From Mobula hypostoma (Eukaryota), in assembly GCF_963921235.1 (NCBI RefSeq), contig NC_086097.1, positions 244,282,001 to 244,346,000 on the forward strand: 64,000 nucleotides of DNA. The letters run 5' to 3'. This document shows positions 36,102 through 49,466 of the stretch, one piece after another. Numbering within the stretch: position 1 is the first letter of the stretch; each line of letters starts with the position of its first letter. Under the pieces are notes generated by a model. It searched no databases. It was not told the DNA's origin and saw nothing but the letters and a program-made list of their open reading frames with translations. Position numbers and translations under genes: made by a program.

Positions 36102-38119
36102 CAAGGGAATTGAACCCAGGTCACTGGTGCCATAACAGTTTTGTGCTAAGCAGAGCGCTACAATGCCGCCTATAGCTGTGAGCAAGGCTTCTTCAGAAAC
36201 TGGAAACTGTTTGTGGTGCAGGAGTTTACCACTGTGGATCATTGCTTGTCTGCTAAGATAGACTATCATGATGGCATTGGGCATGTAACTCAACATGACC
36301 ACATATACCATTACTAGAGTGATACAGTCATCAACTCCCCTCAGTAGGGAGCAATCGGCCCAGCCCTCACCATTCCAGATATTAGAAACGAGCCTCTCTC
36401 ACCTGCTTTGCTGACTGCATTGCTGTAAACCCATCAAACCTGATCTATTGCAAAAAAGAAGCCACTCCACGGCTCCAACTGAAAGCAAGGAAACTCCCCT
36501 GCATAGATTCCACTGACCAAGTTCAAGCTGAAGTTTAATTTTCATTCAACCATACATGAAAACGTGCAATGAAACAGCGTTCCTCCAGGGGCCAAGGTAC
36601 AAGACACAGTACCAACATTCACACACAGCACAAGGCACATATAGCACATAGAAGAGATCAGTAAACATACAGTCACACAAAAAAGTATAATATAGCCCAA
36701 GTCCCTGGTGACATCTCCTGTAAAACTGATGGTGAATGGGTATTATTGGCAAGAACAAGAAATCATGATGGTGCTAAATTGCGACTCCTTCGCATTTATT
36801 TAGGAAAACAGCTGAATTTCACATTTGATGTTCCTTCTTTTCTGTTTCCGGGTAGATGGGGTTCTGTTGTAGACACTGACCTGGAGTTACACTCAGATTT
36901 CGGTTCTTTGCAGTGCTGGGACCCACTCCCTGGGGCTCACGGCTGGCCGCTTTTCAATATCCCAAGGACGTGGCCTAGAAGACACGCACACCTTCAGGGT
37001 TTCGAGGTTTCGTGGCGCTGCGGATGGGCTGATTCTAAGCTAGAGCTGCCAACTGAGGCGTCACAGGAGAGAACGGAACATAGGGAACAGCAGATCAGCT
37101 GTCAGAGGCTGTGCACTCAGCAAGCTGTGCTCTCTCTCATCAGTGGATGAGTGATTGTTGCCAATTCTCAGGTCACAGAACTCAGGAAAAAAAAGCAGCG
37201 TGACAAACGTTTAACACCATAAATCAGCAAATTGTTTTAATATGTCTCCCCTCTCGCTGTGAAAGAGGGCACCTCTTTTTCCCTTTATTAGGGAGAGAGA
37301 GAGCCTGTGGGATGTTGAATTGTCAGATGGATGATTAGTTTGTGTCGTACTGTAGATCATGGTCTTTCTTGGGGGTTTTGCTATTGCTTGCAAGTTACCT
37401 CTCATCCTCCTTCACTCCAAAGAGAAAAGCCCTACCTTATAGCCTGCTCAGCGTTTCCTCATTGGACGTGCTCTGACAACAGAGATGGACTTGAGACAGG
37501 GGTTTGGCCTTCTGTTCCAGTGGTAGAAACTCAAATCAGATCAGACTCTCGCTGACCTGGTGTTTACAGGAGCCAGTTATCCAGACTCAGCATTGAGGTC
37601 TGCTCACTCTGGGTACCTAGCTGTTATTCACATGGCTAAACCCTGCCTCTGGGAGCTGCACAGCAAGATGTTAGCACAATGGTCTTGATGTAAAGCACCT
37701 GCACTTTCAGCAATGGACTTTCTCTCTAAACTTTTCACTGCCTCGATAAAGCAGCCAGCATAATCAACAACCACATCCACGCCGGACGTTCTCTCTTCTC
37801 CCCTCCCATCAAGCAGAAGATACAAAAGCCTGAAAGCACAAACCACCAAGATCGAGGACAGCTTTTATCAGACTCTTGAATGAAACTCTTTTAAGATAAG
37901 GATTCTCGACCACACAATCTATCTTGTTATAATTTTTGCACTTTATGGTTTACCTCAGAGCCCTTTCTCTGTAACTGTTACACTTTTTTCTGCATTGTTA
38001 TTGTTTTACCTTGTTCTACCTCATTGCACTGTGCAATGCTTTGATCTGTATGAACAGTTTGCAAAACAAGCTTTTCACTCTACCTTGGTAAATGTGACAA
38101 AAACATTCAAGTTACAATT

Positions 38120-39385
38120 CCTTCGTCGAGCACCTTCACTTCATCTGCCGCAAAAGTTGGAATTTCCTTGTGGCCACCCATTTTTAGATTATGAGGACAT
38201 GCAGTCCTCTTTTATTGTCATTTAGTAATGCATGCATTAAGAAATGATACAATATTCCTCCGGTGTGATATCACAAAACACAGGACAGACCAAGACTGAA
38301 AAAACTGACAAAACCACATAATTATACATATAGTTACAACAGTGCAACAACACTATAACTTGATGAAGAAGTCCCTGAGCACAGTAAAGTTCAAAGTCTC
38401 TCAAATGTCCCACATCTCACGCAGACAGGAGAAGGAAGAAAAACTCTCCCTGCCATGCCGACCACAGTCTGACTCTGAGTCATCCGAAAACTTCGAGCCT
38501 CCAATCAGCTCTCCGACACCGAGTACTGAGCGCCATCTCTGTCCGAATGATTCGACCTCCCCAGGCAAGGCCGGGGATTTTGAGGCCTACCCTCCAAAAG
38601 ATTCCCAACCACACAGTAACGACAGCAGCGAACGGGTGTTTCAGAAATTTCTCCAGATGTTCCTCTGTGCTTTCATGTCCATTCTCCATCAAATCAGAAT
38701 TGTCCACAGCCTCTATTTAACAGATACGATATCATTTTTCACCGGAGGGCTGCATACACGCAGGCGTGCCGCCATCTTCTCCTCCCGCCTTTCAATTCTA
38801 CTTCTGATTCTCATTCCGACATGTCGGTCCACACCCTCCTCTACCGTCACGATGAAGCCATGCTCAGGTTGAAGGAGCAACACCTCCTATTCCGTCTGGG
38901 TAGCCTCCAACCAGACAGTATTAACAAATATTTCTCCAAGTTCCGGTAATTTCTCCCCAATCCTCTTCTCTCTTTTTCCATTTCTCATTCTGGTTACCCT
39001 CTCATCCCCTCCTCTCCTCACCTGCTCATCACCTCATTCTGGCTCCCCTCTTCCTTCCCTTTCTCCCATGGTCCTCCCTCCTATCCTATCAGATTCCTTC
39101 TTCATCAACTCTTTCCCTCTTCCACCTATCATCTCCCAGCTTCTTACTTCATCCTCCTACCTACCTCTCCACCCCTTAACTGGTCTCACCTACCTTGTAC
39201 TCCTTCCCCTCACTCCACCTTCTTATTCAGGCTTCTGCCGCCTTCCTTTCCAGTCCTGATGAAGTGACCCGGCCTGAAACCTCAACTGTTTATTTCTCTC
39301 CATTGATGCTGTCTGACCTGCTGAGTTCCCCCAGCATTTTGTGTGTGTTGCTCAAGATTTCCAGCATCTGGAGAATCTCTTGTGC
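38120..39385 (+). mobile_element. Penelope-derived repeat split by a ~600-bp minus-strand insertion (38183-38789)
   Basis: gtggccacccatttt | insert | tcaattctacttct rejoin the Penelope 3' end; hammerhead-like motif at 39251-39288. Confidence 0.75.
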
Positions 39386-40446
39386 TTATCATTCTCTGGA
39401 TGACCACCCACTGATAAAGATAAGGCTCTGCGGAATCTGAGCAGTTCATTACCACATACAGCTATGAAGGCTGAGACAGAGGTTAACAGAATCTTAATTA
39501 GTAAGGGCATCAAAAGTGATGAGAAGAAGACAGGGGAATGGGGTTGAGAGGGGTAATAGATCAAGCAGTGGCGCAGACTGAATGGGCAAATTCTGCTCCT
39601 ATGTCTTGCGGTCTCATGGCTCATAGTGTGCCTGGATCTCTGTATAAAGTGAACATCTTCATTGTAAACCATCTTGTGAGTAACAAAACACAGACCCCAC
39701 TGTCAATTCATCCTGTTAAGGCTCACAAAGTACAGATCAACACAATACTGCCAAACTGGAGAGATGAAAGTTAACAAATATTAGCTTAGCTTTTATTCCT
39801 TTCCTACTTCAAAGTTGAAAGTACATACGTTAGCAAAGTATGTATAGTTTATACAACCTTCAGATTCATCTCCTAACAGGCAGTCACCAAACACAGAAAC
39901 CCAAATGAACCCAAAAAAAAAGACCATCGAACACCCAATGCGCAGAGTAAAAACTAATCATACAAACGATAAACACAAGCAAATAGCGTTCTGAACTGAA
40001 GTCCACAAAGACAGTCCTGTCCACGGACCGTTAGTTCAGTGCAGAGTGGAGCAGTGAGCTGAACCAGCCCATCCCTCATCTCGGGTCCCAATACCCTGGT
40101 CTTTCCGATCTGGCCTGGCACTTAAAACGGCCAAACATCGGTTCAGTCGCTTTGACACACTCCGGGACCTGTCCCTGACCTTTCCAATTTGGCCCGGCGT
40201 TTAAATCGATTGACGCTCAGGTCTTCCTTGCTGTCGACGACGGGCCTGCTGCCTGGTCTCTGTGACAGTGTGCCCATTATAGATCACCATGCCTCTTGTA
40301 TTGCAAGTAGTTCTGCCCATTGAGAAGTCTCTTTGACCCATGGCACAATGGGCTGCAGCCGCCAAGGGGCCTGAGCTGATTTCAATTCTCATTTCCCATT
40401 CATGGTACAATCAAGGTAAAACATTGCAGACACAACCCATCTACCT

Positions 40447-41148
40447 AACATAAACACCAGGAATTCTGCAGATGCTGGAAATTCAAGCAACACACATCGA
40501 AGTTGCTGGTGAATGCAGCAGGCCAGGCAGCATCTCTAGGAAGAGGTACAGTCGGCGTTTCAGGCCGAGACCCTTCGTCAGGACTAATTGAAGGAAGAGC
40601 TAGTAAGAGATTTGGAAGTGGGAGGGGGAGGGGGAGATGCAAAATGATAGGAGAAGACTGGAGGGGGAGGGGTGGAGCCAAGAGCTGGACAGGTGATTGG
40701 CAAAAGGGATATGAGAGGATCATGGGACAGGAGGCCCAGGGAGAAGGAAAAGGGGGAGAGGAGGGAAAAAAACCCAGAGGATGGGCAAGGGGTATAGTCA
40801 GAGGGACAGAGGGAGAAAAAGGAGAGAGAGAGAGAAAGAATGTGTGTATATAAATAAATAACGGATGGGGTACGAGGGGGAGGTGGGGCATTAGCGGAAG
40901 TTAGAGAAGTCAACGTTCATGCCATCAGGTTGGAGGCTACCCAGACGGAATATAAGGTGTTGTTCCTCCAACCTAAGTGTGGCTTCATCTTTACAGTAGA
41001 GGAGGCCATGGATAGACATATCAGAATGGGAATGGGATGTGGAATTAAAATGTGTGGCCACTGGGCGATCCTGCTTTCTCTGGCGGACAGAGTGTAGGTG
41101 TTCAGCAAAACGATCTCCCAGTCTGCGTCGGGTCTCGCCAATATATAG
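40447..41148 (-). mobile_element. Second young Penelope copy (GIY-YIG C-terminal part + terminal repeat)
   Basis: LYIGETRRRLGDRFAEH...LGSLQPDGMNVDFSNFR; highly similar to 22154-22805; hammerhead at 40549-40585 with triplet GCC. Confidence 0.92.
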
Positions 41149-41876
41149 AACTGTCTTTTCCAAAAAATCCCTACTGGAAACCGCTATAGGGCTACCAAAA
41201 CAAAGAACTTCACACCATTTTAGAAGTTTCTTCCTGCAGGCAGTTAACCTGGTCAACCACTCTAGTTATTGACCCCCACCCCCCCCCATCTATTACCCCG
41301 TAACTGCACTCCACTGTAAACACTTTAAACCACTGCTTATCGTGCTGTTCAGACTGTAATTACAGGCTGATGTTCCATGCCATCATTTATTCCATATCCG
41401 TACCATTATTTTATATAATTCTTTATTCTTTATCATTGCTGAAATTTTTTTTGATGTACACACCATAGCAAATTGTTAATACATGTAAACGTACAAGGTA
41501 AATAAAGTTGATCCTTGAAAAGGAACAAGCTTCTGGAAAGAAGATGTTTCAGCAATTTAAAAATCAAAGACAATTTGGGTTTGACTTCAACATTTTAGAG
41601 AGGTCGGGATAAATACGTGGGTGGGAAGAGTATGGAGTGCTCTGGTTAAAATTTTGTTCAATGGGACTAGGCAATAAAATGGTTCAGCATGAGTTAAATG
41701 GGCTGAAGGGCCTGTGTCTGTGTTTCTGAAACAGCAGCTTCCCCTCCACCATCAGATTTCTGCATGGACAATGAACCAATGTACACCGCCTCACTTTCTT
41801 CCTTTTGCTATATTTTTGCACAACTTATTTAATATATTTATTTATATTTCTTATTTTAAGTTATAGTTGTTTAAAT

Positions 41877-42188
41877 AGTGTTGGCACATGGCCAAGTGGT
41901 TAAGGCGTCGGTCTAGTGATCTGAAAGTCGCCAGTTCGAGCCTCAGCTGAGGCAACGTGTTGTGTCCTTGAGCAAGGCACTTAACCACACATTGCTCTGC
42001 GACGACACCAGTGCCAAGCTGTATCAGCCTTAGTGCCCTTCCCTTGGACAACATTGGTGCTGTGGAGAGGGGAAACTTGCAGCATGGGCAACTGCTGGTC
42101 TTCCACACAACCTTGCCCAGGCCTGCGCCCTGGAAATCTTCCACGACGCAAATCCATGGTCTCAAGAGACTAACGGATGCCTATATAA
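41877..42188 (+). mobile_element. tRNA-derived SINE
   Basis: A box tggccaagtgg, B box gttcgagcc, core gtgtccttgagcaaggcacttaacc; 12-bp TSD AGTTGTTTAAAT at 41865-41876 and 42189-42200. Confidence 0.85.
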
Positions 42189-42509
42189 AGTTGTTTAAAT
42201 TATATATTGTGACGTATTGCTGCCACAAAACAACATAACTCATTGAAAGTGGCATCACAGGTAGATAGGATCATAAAGAAAGCTTTTGGCACATTGGCCT
42301 TCATAAATCAATGTATTGAGTATAGGAGAAGGGACAATTCAAGTTGTTAAATACATTAATGAGGCCTAATTTGGAGTATTGTGTGCAGTTTTGGTCACCT
42401 ACCTACAGGAAGGATGTAATTAAAGAGTAAAAGAAAATTTACAAGGATGTTTCCGCATCTGGAAAACCTGACTTACAAGCAAAGATTCGAGAGGTTAGAA
42501 CTTTATCCC

Positions 42510-43331
42510 TGTGACGACAAACCAAGTTATCAGAAGATTGATGCTGATGAGAGAGATAAGGGAGACAATGGAGAAACATTCAAAGTGCTAATAAGAGAGA
42601 AGAGAGAGATTAACGAAAAGAGACACAGTTCCGAGTATTGACAGACCGGTTGCTTTGAACCTGAACTGTTTGAAGTTTGATGGACAAGCAATACCCCAGC
42701 AGGGAGATAAAAGGAACAGGTTCGCTAAGGCACGAGACACACCACGAGATCACGAGATAACGAGACCCTGGAAGAGCGGTGTGCCCCCACAAGTTGGTTG
42801 AAGTTGGAGGTCTGGTCGCGGGAACCGACCATAGATGCACAGGGTGAAAAGGGTACGATCGGTGGGAACCTGGTGTGTGTGTCCGCCCTTGCCTGGGTGC
42901 CGGGTTCACCACGGAAGAACGGTCGTATCCGGAACGGATGGGTCACAGTCGGTGACCACAGAAGACATTAAAAGGGTTCGCCCGAAAGCTAACTGTGAAG
43001 AACATCAAAGGTCTGTCTGAATCAGATTTGCACATTATCTCTCTCTCTCTCTCCAACGGCACAACAACGATTACTGCGAACTGTACTAAGCTGAACTGAA
43101 CTCTGCGTCACTTGAGACTGATTATTTTACCCCTAGACTGCGATAGAGCTTGATTGATTCCTATTATCCTAGTTCTGTGTACATGTGTGTTTTATCATTG
43201 CTAACCTGTTGCATTTAGAGTACTGTGTTACTTATTTCTTTAATAAAACTTTATTAATTTCTGTTAAACCAGACTCCAACTAAGTGGTCCACTTCTGCTG
43301 GTTTGGCAACCCAGTAATGGGGTACGTAACA
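42510..43331 (+). repeat. 5' LTR (822 bp)
   Basis: tgtgacgac...cgtaaca; direct repeat of 46564-47387. Confidence 0.96.
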
Positions 43332-43335
43332 TAAG

Positions 43336-43361
43336 TGGGGATCTCATCCGTGATTTTGAAC
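43336..43361 (+). promoter_or_regulatory. Primer-binding site, degenerate tRNA-Pro type
   Basis: TGGGGATCTCATCCGTGATTTTGAAC vs the tRNA-Pro 3' complement TGGGGGCTCGTCCGGGATTTGAAC, 4 nt after the LTR. Confidence 0.75.
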
Positions 43362-43430
43362 ACCAAATTTGGGACTGGGTAAATTGATTGGGTTAAAATT
43401 CCCGAAAGAAAAAAAGGGCAAACAGCAGAA

Positions 43431-46400
43431 ATGGAGATTGAGGAATTTCTAAAGGCGCCAACCTTGGAGGCATTAGAGGATGCCAGGAAATCAGAATTGG
43501 CAACTGTGGCCAAACGGTTGAATCTTCTTAAGGGGAAGTCGACAATGAAGAGAGCGGAGATGCACAGAGCTATCATAGAGCATTATGTATCTAAAGGTGT
43601 GTTTCCCCAAGGGGAGCTGGAGGTGGTATCTATGGGAAAACCTGGTGGAGAAGCAGTACAGCTGCAGATGGAAAAATTGAGACTCGAGCACGAGTTCCGG
43701 GTAAGGCAGCTAGAACAAGAAGAGAAACAGTTAGAACGGCAAGAGAGGGAGAGAGGCAGTTAGAGCGACAAGAGAGGGAGAAACAGAGGGAAAGGGAATT
43801 TGAGCTGGAGAAGTTAAGGATGACGCTAGCACAGGGCCCCATGCGGAACCAAGGTGGAGGGTTCAAGGTGACCCAGGAGGTTAGGCTGGTTCCCCCATTT
43901 GACGAGGCCTATGTTGATCGGTACTTTCTACATTTTGAAAAAGTTGCTGCAAGTCAGGACTGGCCGAGGGATAAGTGGGCTGTTTTGCTTCAGAGCGTAC
44001 TTAAAGGAAAAGCTCAACAAGCTTACTCGGCATTGTCCGCAGAAGATGCCCAGAGGTATGATGTATTGAAGGAGGCGATACTCAGGATTTATGAGTTGGT
44101 CCCGGAGGCATACCGGCAGAGGTTCCGGAATGCGAGGAAGCAGTGGGGCTGCATGTATTTAGAGTTTGCTCGTGAGATGCAGATGTATTGTGAGCATTGG
44201 TGCACCTCGAAAGGGGTCAATGGGGATTATGACAGACTGCTACAGCTAATACTGATTGAGCAGTTTAAAGGTTGTGTCCCTGAAGGTATGAGACCCTACC
44301 TAGATGAGAAAGAGGCAGAAACCTTAGGTGCAACTGCTAAGTTAGCGGATGAATAAGCGTTAACGCACCAAGCAAAGTTTACCCCCAAGTAAAAGCTACC
44401 AGAGGGGTAGTCAGGATGGTGGGGAGAGTCCGCCAGAAAAGTCAGAAAGTAAGCCGGGGACTAGTGAGAAGGATACGGAAGACCGGGAGCAGTTTAGTAG
44501 GAAGTCTCCTGGGGTCGTATGCTATAATTGTGGGAAAGCCGGTCACATTGCGTCCAGCTGCTTTGCCCCAAAGAAGGAGACGGGGAAAGGAAAAACGACA
44601 ATTCCGACTGGCTGTATTGAGCTGGCAAATAAACCGCTAGGGGGGAAGAGGTCTGATAAAGTTCAGGAAGGGCGCGAGAAGTTTATCTCGGCCGGACTGG
44701 TGTCGGTGAAGGAGGGGTTAAACCCGGTTCCAGTACGGATCTGGAGAGACACTGGAGCTTGTCAGTCACTGATCTTGAGGAGTGTTTTAGACTTCAGTTT
44801 AGAGACCGAGACTGGGGAGGTCAGTGTGATAAAAGGCATTGGGAAAGGGACTGAAGCAGTACCTTTGCACCAGATACACCTAAAAAGCGACTTGGTCTCC
44901 GGACCGGTCACAATCGGGGTGAGGCCCGAACTAGACGTGGAGGTCTTACTCGGTAATGACCTCGCTGGCGGAGAAGTGTACCCAGCAGTAAGATTGACAA
45001 GCCAGCCTGCCAGGATTGAGGCCCCGCCCATAGACTCACAGGTTTATCCCGTTTGCGCAGTGACTCGGCGCATGCCCAGAAAAGCTGCCGAAGCGAATGC
45101 AGATTTAGCGGAGACATTTTTACCAGCCTTGTACCAGGAGGGGTTAGAAAGTGAGAAGCAGCGTAGTGAAACAGAAGGAAGTAAGGGAGTTGAGGTAGAC
45201 TTATCATTAGCAAGGAAGGAATTTATACAGGCACAGGAGCAAGACAAGGAGCTGATGGTTTTGACGGAGACAGCACTCTCCGAAGCAGAATTAACAAGGG
45301 AGCCAGTGGGCTATTATGTGAAGGAGGGAGTACTAAGGAGGAAATGGAGACCAAGTACCGTGCCCGCAGATGAGGAATGAGGGGTGGTGCCGAAAATTTA
45401 TGGGGATGAGATTCTTAACCTGACCCACAAGATACCCCTCAGTGGACATTGTGGGGTGAGGAAGACAGTCGATAGAATCATGAAAGAGTTTTACTGGCTG
45501 CACAGGAGGAAGGATGCTATTGACTATTGTAGACGTGAGCTAACAGAGTTACAGGCTATTGATATGCTAACAGTTTGCCACGATAAGCGAGCAGACCTAG
45601 TTGGTGTTATCACTAAAATTAATGAGGCTAGGGTGCAACCTGATAAGGGGAAAACCCATTTTGAAAAGATAAGTATGGTGCCAACCAGATGGGAGAACTC
45701 TATTGGGTTAAGGGTTTCTCCCTTAACCCCTGAACAGAGCGAGCCACTAAGAAAGCTAATTAACCGGCACGCACACGTATGTGTAGATGTCCCGAGGCGA
45801 TGCAAAGAGCCGGTACATAGTGTTGTCACATCAGGTCAGCCTAGTAAGCAATACCCCTATAGGATGATTAATTCAGTGACAAAAGGGCTAAGGAACGCAG
45901 AAGCGTATATTGACGATTTAGTGGTCTGGAGTGACACGTGGGAGGAGCACATTGTAGCAGTAGAGGAACTGTTTAAAAAGCTGGTTGAAGCCAGCCTGAC
46001 AGTGAACCTCGCAAAAAGTGAATTCGGCCATGGAAGGATCACTTATCTGGGATTTCTGGTAAGACAGGGGCAGCTGGCACTGATGCAGGCTAAGGTGCGG
46101 GCTATCGCTGAAGTCCCCACCCCGACAGACAAGAAAACCCTGAGAAGGTTCTTGGGGATGGTGGGGTACTATCGGAAGTTTTGCAAAAACTTTGCGAATA
46201 TTACCCTCCCTCTTACTAAGCTCTTGCCAAAGAATGCTAAGTCTGTATGGGACGACCTTTGTTATATGTGTCCGGGACGGAAACCACTGAGAATTTACAC
46301 TGATCACAACCCATTAGTGTTTTTGGCCACTATGAAGGATAAAAACAAAAGGTTGCTAAATTGGAGCCTGGTCTTAGAGGATATTAAAGTAAAACATATA

Positions 46401-46445
46401 AGAGGAACGGAAAATGTGATTGCTGACTATCTGTCAAGGTGTTGA
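43431..46445 (+). pseudogene. Gag-pol polyprotein remnant: SCAN-like capsid, CCHC knuckle, protease, then INT, RT and RNase H remnants
   Basis: AYRQRFR...LILIEQFKGCVP (capsid); CYNCGKAGHIASSC (~44520-44561); IWRDTGACQSLI; H..PLSGHCGVRKT.DRI..EFYW; AYIDDLVV...KSEFG...YLGF; IYTDHNPL...NVIADYLSR. Two frameshifts and two stops. Confidence 0.9.
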
Positions 46446-46563
46446 AAACTTAAAGTTCTCTGTATTAGCCTTATAGCTGATGACCCTGTATATTAGTGTG
46501 TATCTAATAATGTAGTCATGCTCATAATTTTTACCCCAGTAAAAATCCTTTGAAGGATAGGGG

Positions 46564-47387
46564 TGTGACGACAAACCAAGTTATCAGAAGATTGATGCTG
46601 ATGAGAGAGATAAGGGAGACAATGGAGAAACATTCAAAATGCTAATAAGAGAGAAGAGAGAGATTAACGAAAAGAGACACAGTTCCGAGTATTGACAGAC
46701 CGGTTGCTTTGAACCTGAACTGTTTGAAGTTTGATGGACAGGCGATACCCCAGCAGGGGAATAAAAGGAACAGGTTCGCTAAGGCACAAGATACACCATG
46801 AGATCACGAGATAACGAGACCCTGGAAGAGCGGTGTGCCCCCACAAGTTGGTGGAAGTTGGAGGCCTGGTCGCAGGAACCGATCATAGACGCACAGGGTG
46901 AAAAGGGTACGATCAGTGAGAACCTGGTGTGTGTGTCCGCCCTTGCCTGGGTGCCGGGTTCACCACGGAAGAACGGTCGTATCCGGAACGGAGGGGTCAC
47001 AATCGGTGACCACAGAAAACATTAAAAGGGTTTGCCCGAAAGCTAACTGTGAAGAACATCAAAGGTCTGTCTGAATCAGATTTGCATATTATCTCTCTCT
47101 CTCTCTCTCCAACGGCACAACAGCAATTACTGCGAACTGTACTAAGCTGAACTGAACTCTGCGTCACTTGAGACTGATCATTTTACCCCTAGACTGCGAT
47201 AGAGCTTGGTTGATTCCTATTATCCTAGTTCTGTGTACATGTGTGTTTTATCATTGCTAACCTGTTGCATTTAGAGTACTGTGTTACTTACTTCTTTAAT
47301 AAAACTTTATTAATTTCTGTTAAACCAGACTCCAACTAAGTGGTCCATTTCTGCTGGTTTGGCAACCCAGTTATGGGGTACGTAACA
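46564..47387 (+). repeat. 3' LTR (824 bp)
   Basis: About 27 substitutions and one CT indel relative to the 5' LTR (hand count). Confidence 0.96.
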
Positions 47388-48162
47388 TTCCTTAGAATGT
47401 AGAAGATTGAGAGGAGATTTGATAGGTGTTTACAAAGGTATGGGGGGTATAGATAGGGTGAACGCAAGCAGGCTTTTTCCACTGAGGTTGGGCAGGACTA
47501 CAAGCAGAGGTCATGGGTTAAGGGTGAAGGGTGAGATGTTTAAGGGGAACACGAGGGGAAACCTCTTCACTCAGGGGGTGGTGAGAGTGTGAGATCAGCT
47601 GCCAGCACAAGTGGTGCATGTGAGCTCAATTTCAACATTTAAGAGAAGTTTGCAAAGGTACACGGATAGCAGGGATTAGGAGGGTTATAGTCCTGGTGCA
47701 GGTCGATGGGAGTAGGCTGATTAAATGGTTTCGGTATGGACTAGATAGGCCAAAGGGCCTTTTTCTGTGCTGCACTACTCCATGACTCTGTGACATATGC
47801 CAGTGATATTAAATCAGATTGTGATTCAGTTCTGATTTTGTTTCAGTGCTCTGTGACTTTGACCCTATGATAATCAGTACACTTGAAACAATTATGTTTA
47901 TTTCCTACAGTATCACAAAATAAAACCACTACTATTGTCTTTGCCTCTGGAGTGAAGGAAGATGAGAGATGGCCTGATAAAAGTGTACAAGATGATAAGA
48001 GGCATAGATTGTCAGCTTCCTCAGGGCAGAAATGTTTAACATGAGGTGGCATAACGTTAAGATGATTTTGGAAGAAAGTATGGGGGATATCAGAGTTGTT
48101 CTTCAGGTAGAGTGGTGGGAATGTGGAATGTGCTGCCTGGGCTGGTTGAAAAGGCAGATACA

Positions 48163-48535
48163 TTCATCATCATCATCATGTGCCATGTCGTATGACACAG
48201 GCAATTCTTCCTCTTGACCGTGATTGTTCTTGGCATATTTCTCTACAGAAGTGGTTTGCCATTCCCTTCTTCTGGGCAGCGTCTTTACCGGACGGGTGAC
48301 CCCAGCCATTATCAGTACTCTTCAGAGACTGTCTCCCTGGGGTCAGTGGTCGCATAACCAGGATTCGTGATAGGGACCAGCTGCTCATACGACCAGACGG
48401 GAGACCGTGGCTTTATGTGAGCTTGATCAGGGGCTAAGCAGGTGCTACACCTCGCCCAAGGGTGACCTGCAGGCTAGCGGAAGCAAGGAGCACCTCACAC
48501 CTCCTTTAGAAGTGACATAGCTCCACCCCACACCC
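48163..48535 (-). mobile_element. RTE-tailed SINE-like element inserted in a CR1 3' fragment
   Basis: Minus strand gaagggaatggcaaaccacttctg resembles the RTE/BovB-type 3' end; (tga)n tail; CR1 sequence ggcagatac continues on both sides. Confidence 0.6.
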
Positions 48536-49466
48536 AGCAGATACGTTACGGACATTTAAAAGACTCTTCGATAGGCACATGGGGTACATAGGAAGGAAAG
48601 GCTAGACTGACCTTAGACTAGTTTGAAGCATTGGGATGAAGAGTCTGTACTGCAGTGTAGTGTTCTATGTTCTATATTCTACCAGGAATTGAAAAAATAG
48701 GCAGAATGTATTCTTTAGCTTATTGAAATACAGGAGATTATGTATGATAAATGCTTTTGCTGGGCCCAGGAAGAAGCTAACATTAAAGGCTTGATAACAT
48801 TAAGAGTAAAGTATCCTGCTTGGTTGCATCCTGGCCTGGTATGGGATCTCCAACGCCCAGCAATGGAAAAGTCTGCAAAAAGAGGTGGACTCAGACCAGT
48901 TCATTACTGAGCACATTGAGGGCAAAACCCTCACCACAGTTGATTACTTTAAACAAGAAAGCCGTATCTGTCATCAAGAAACCCCACCATCCAGGCCGTG
49001 CTCTCTGCTCGTCATCGGGCAGGAGGTACAGGAGCCTTAGGTCCCACGCCACCAGTTCAGGAACAGTTATTATCCTTCAACCATCAGACTCCTGAACCAG
49101 TGTGGATATCTTCACTCACCTCAACACTGAACTGATTCCACAACCTGCAGACTCACTTTCAACTACTCAACAGGTCAAGTTCTCAGTATTATTTTCCTTT
49201 TTTGCATTTACTGGCATAACTTGTCTTCTTTTGTACATTGGTTGTTTGTTGGATTTCGTTATGTACAGTTTCTCATAAATTCTATTGTAGTTTTTGTATT
49301 AATGTAAATCCATGCAAGAAATCAAATCTCAGAGTAGTATGTAGTGACAATAAACTTATATTGACTTTGACGTTTTCCCAAAAGTTGACCATTAGAAGAA
49401 CATTTTTATGGACAAGTCCAACGAAATGACAAAGGAACTACTGTAATTTCCATCGGCAATACTTAC

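Larger units (their letters stand above)
42510..47387 (+). mobile_element. Gmr1-like Ty3/Gypsy LTR retrotransposon, internally deleted (4.9 kb), inserted in a CR1 fragment (~42240-42509 and 47388-47790)
   Basis: Two TG...CA LTRs; tRNA-Pro-like PBS; PPT gaaggataggg; imperfect 4-bp TSD TCCC/TTCC; domain order Gag-PR-INT-RT-RH. Confidence 0.95.

Noticed and set aside
48430..48535. HDV-like ribozyme at the head of the RTE-tailed SINE
   Set aside because: P1- and P4-like pairings can be drawn, but no convincing P3/L3 or J4/2 catalytic C.
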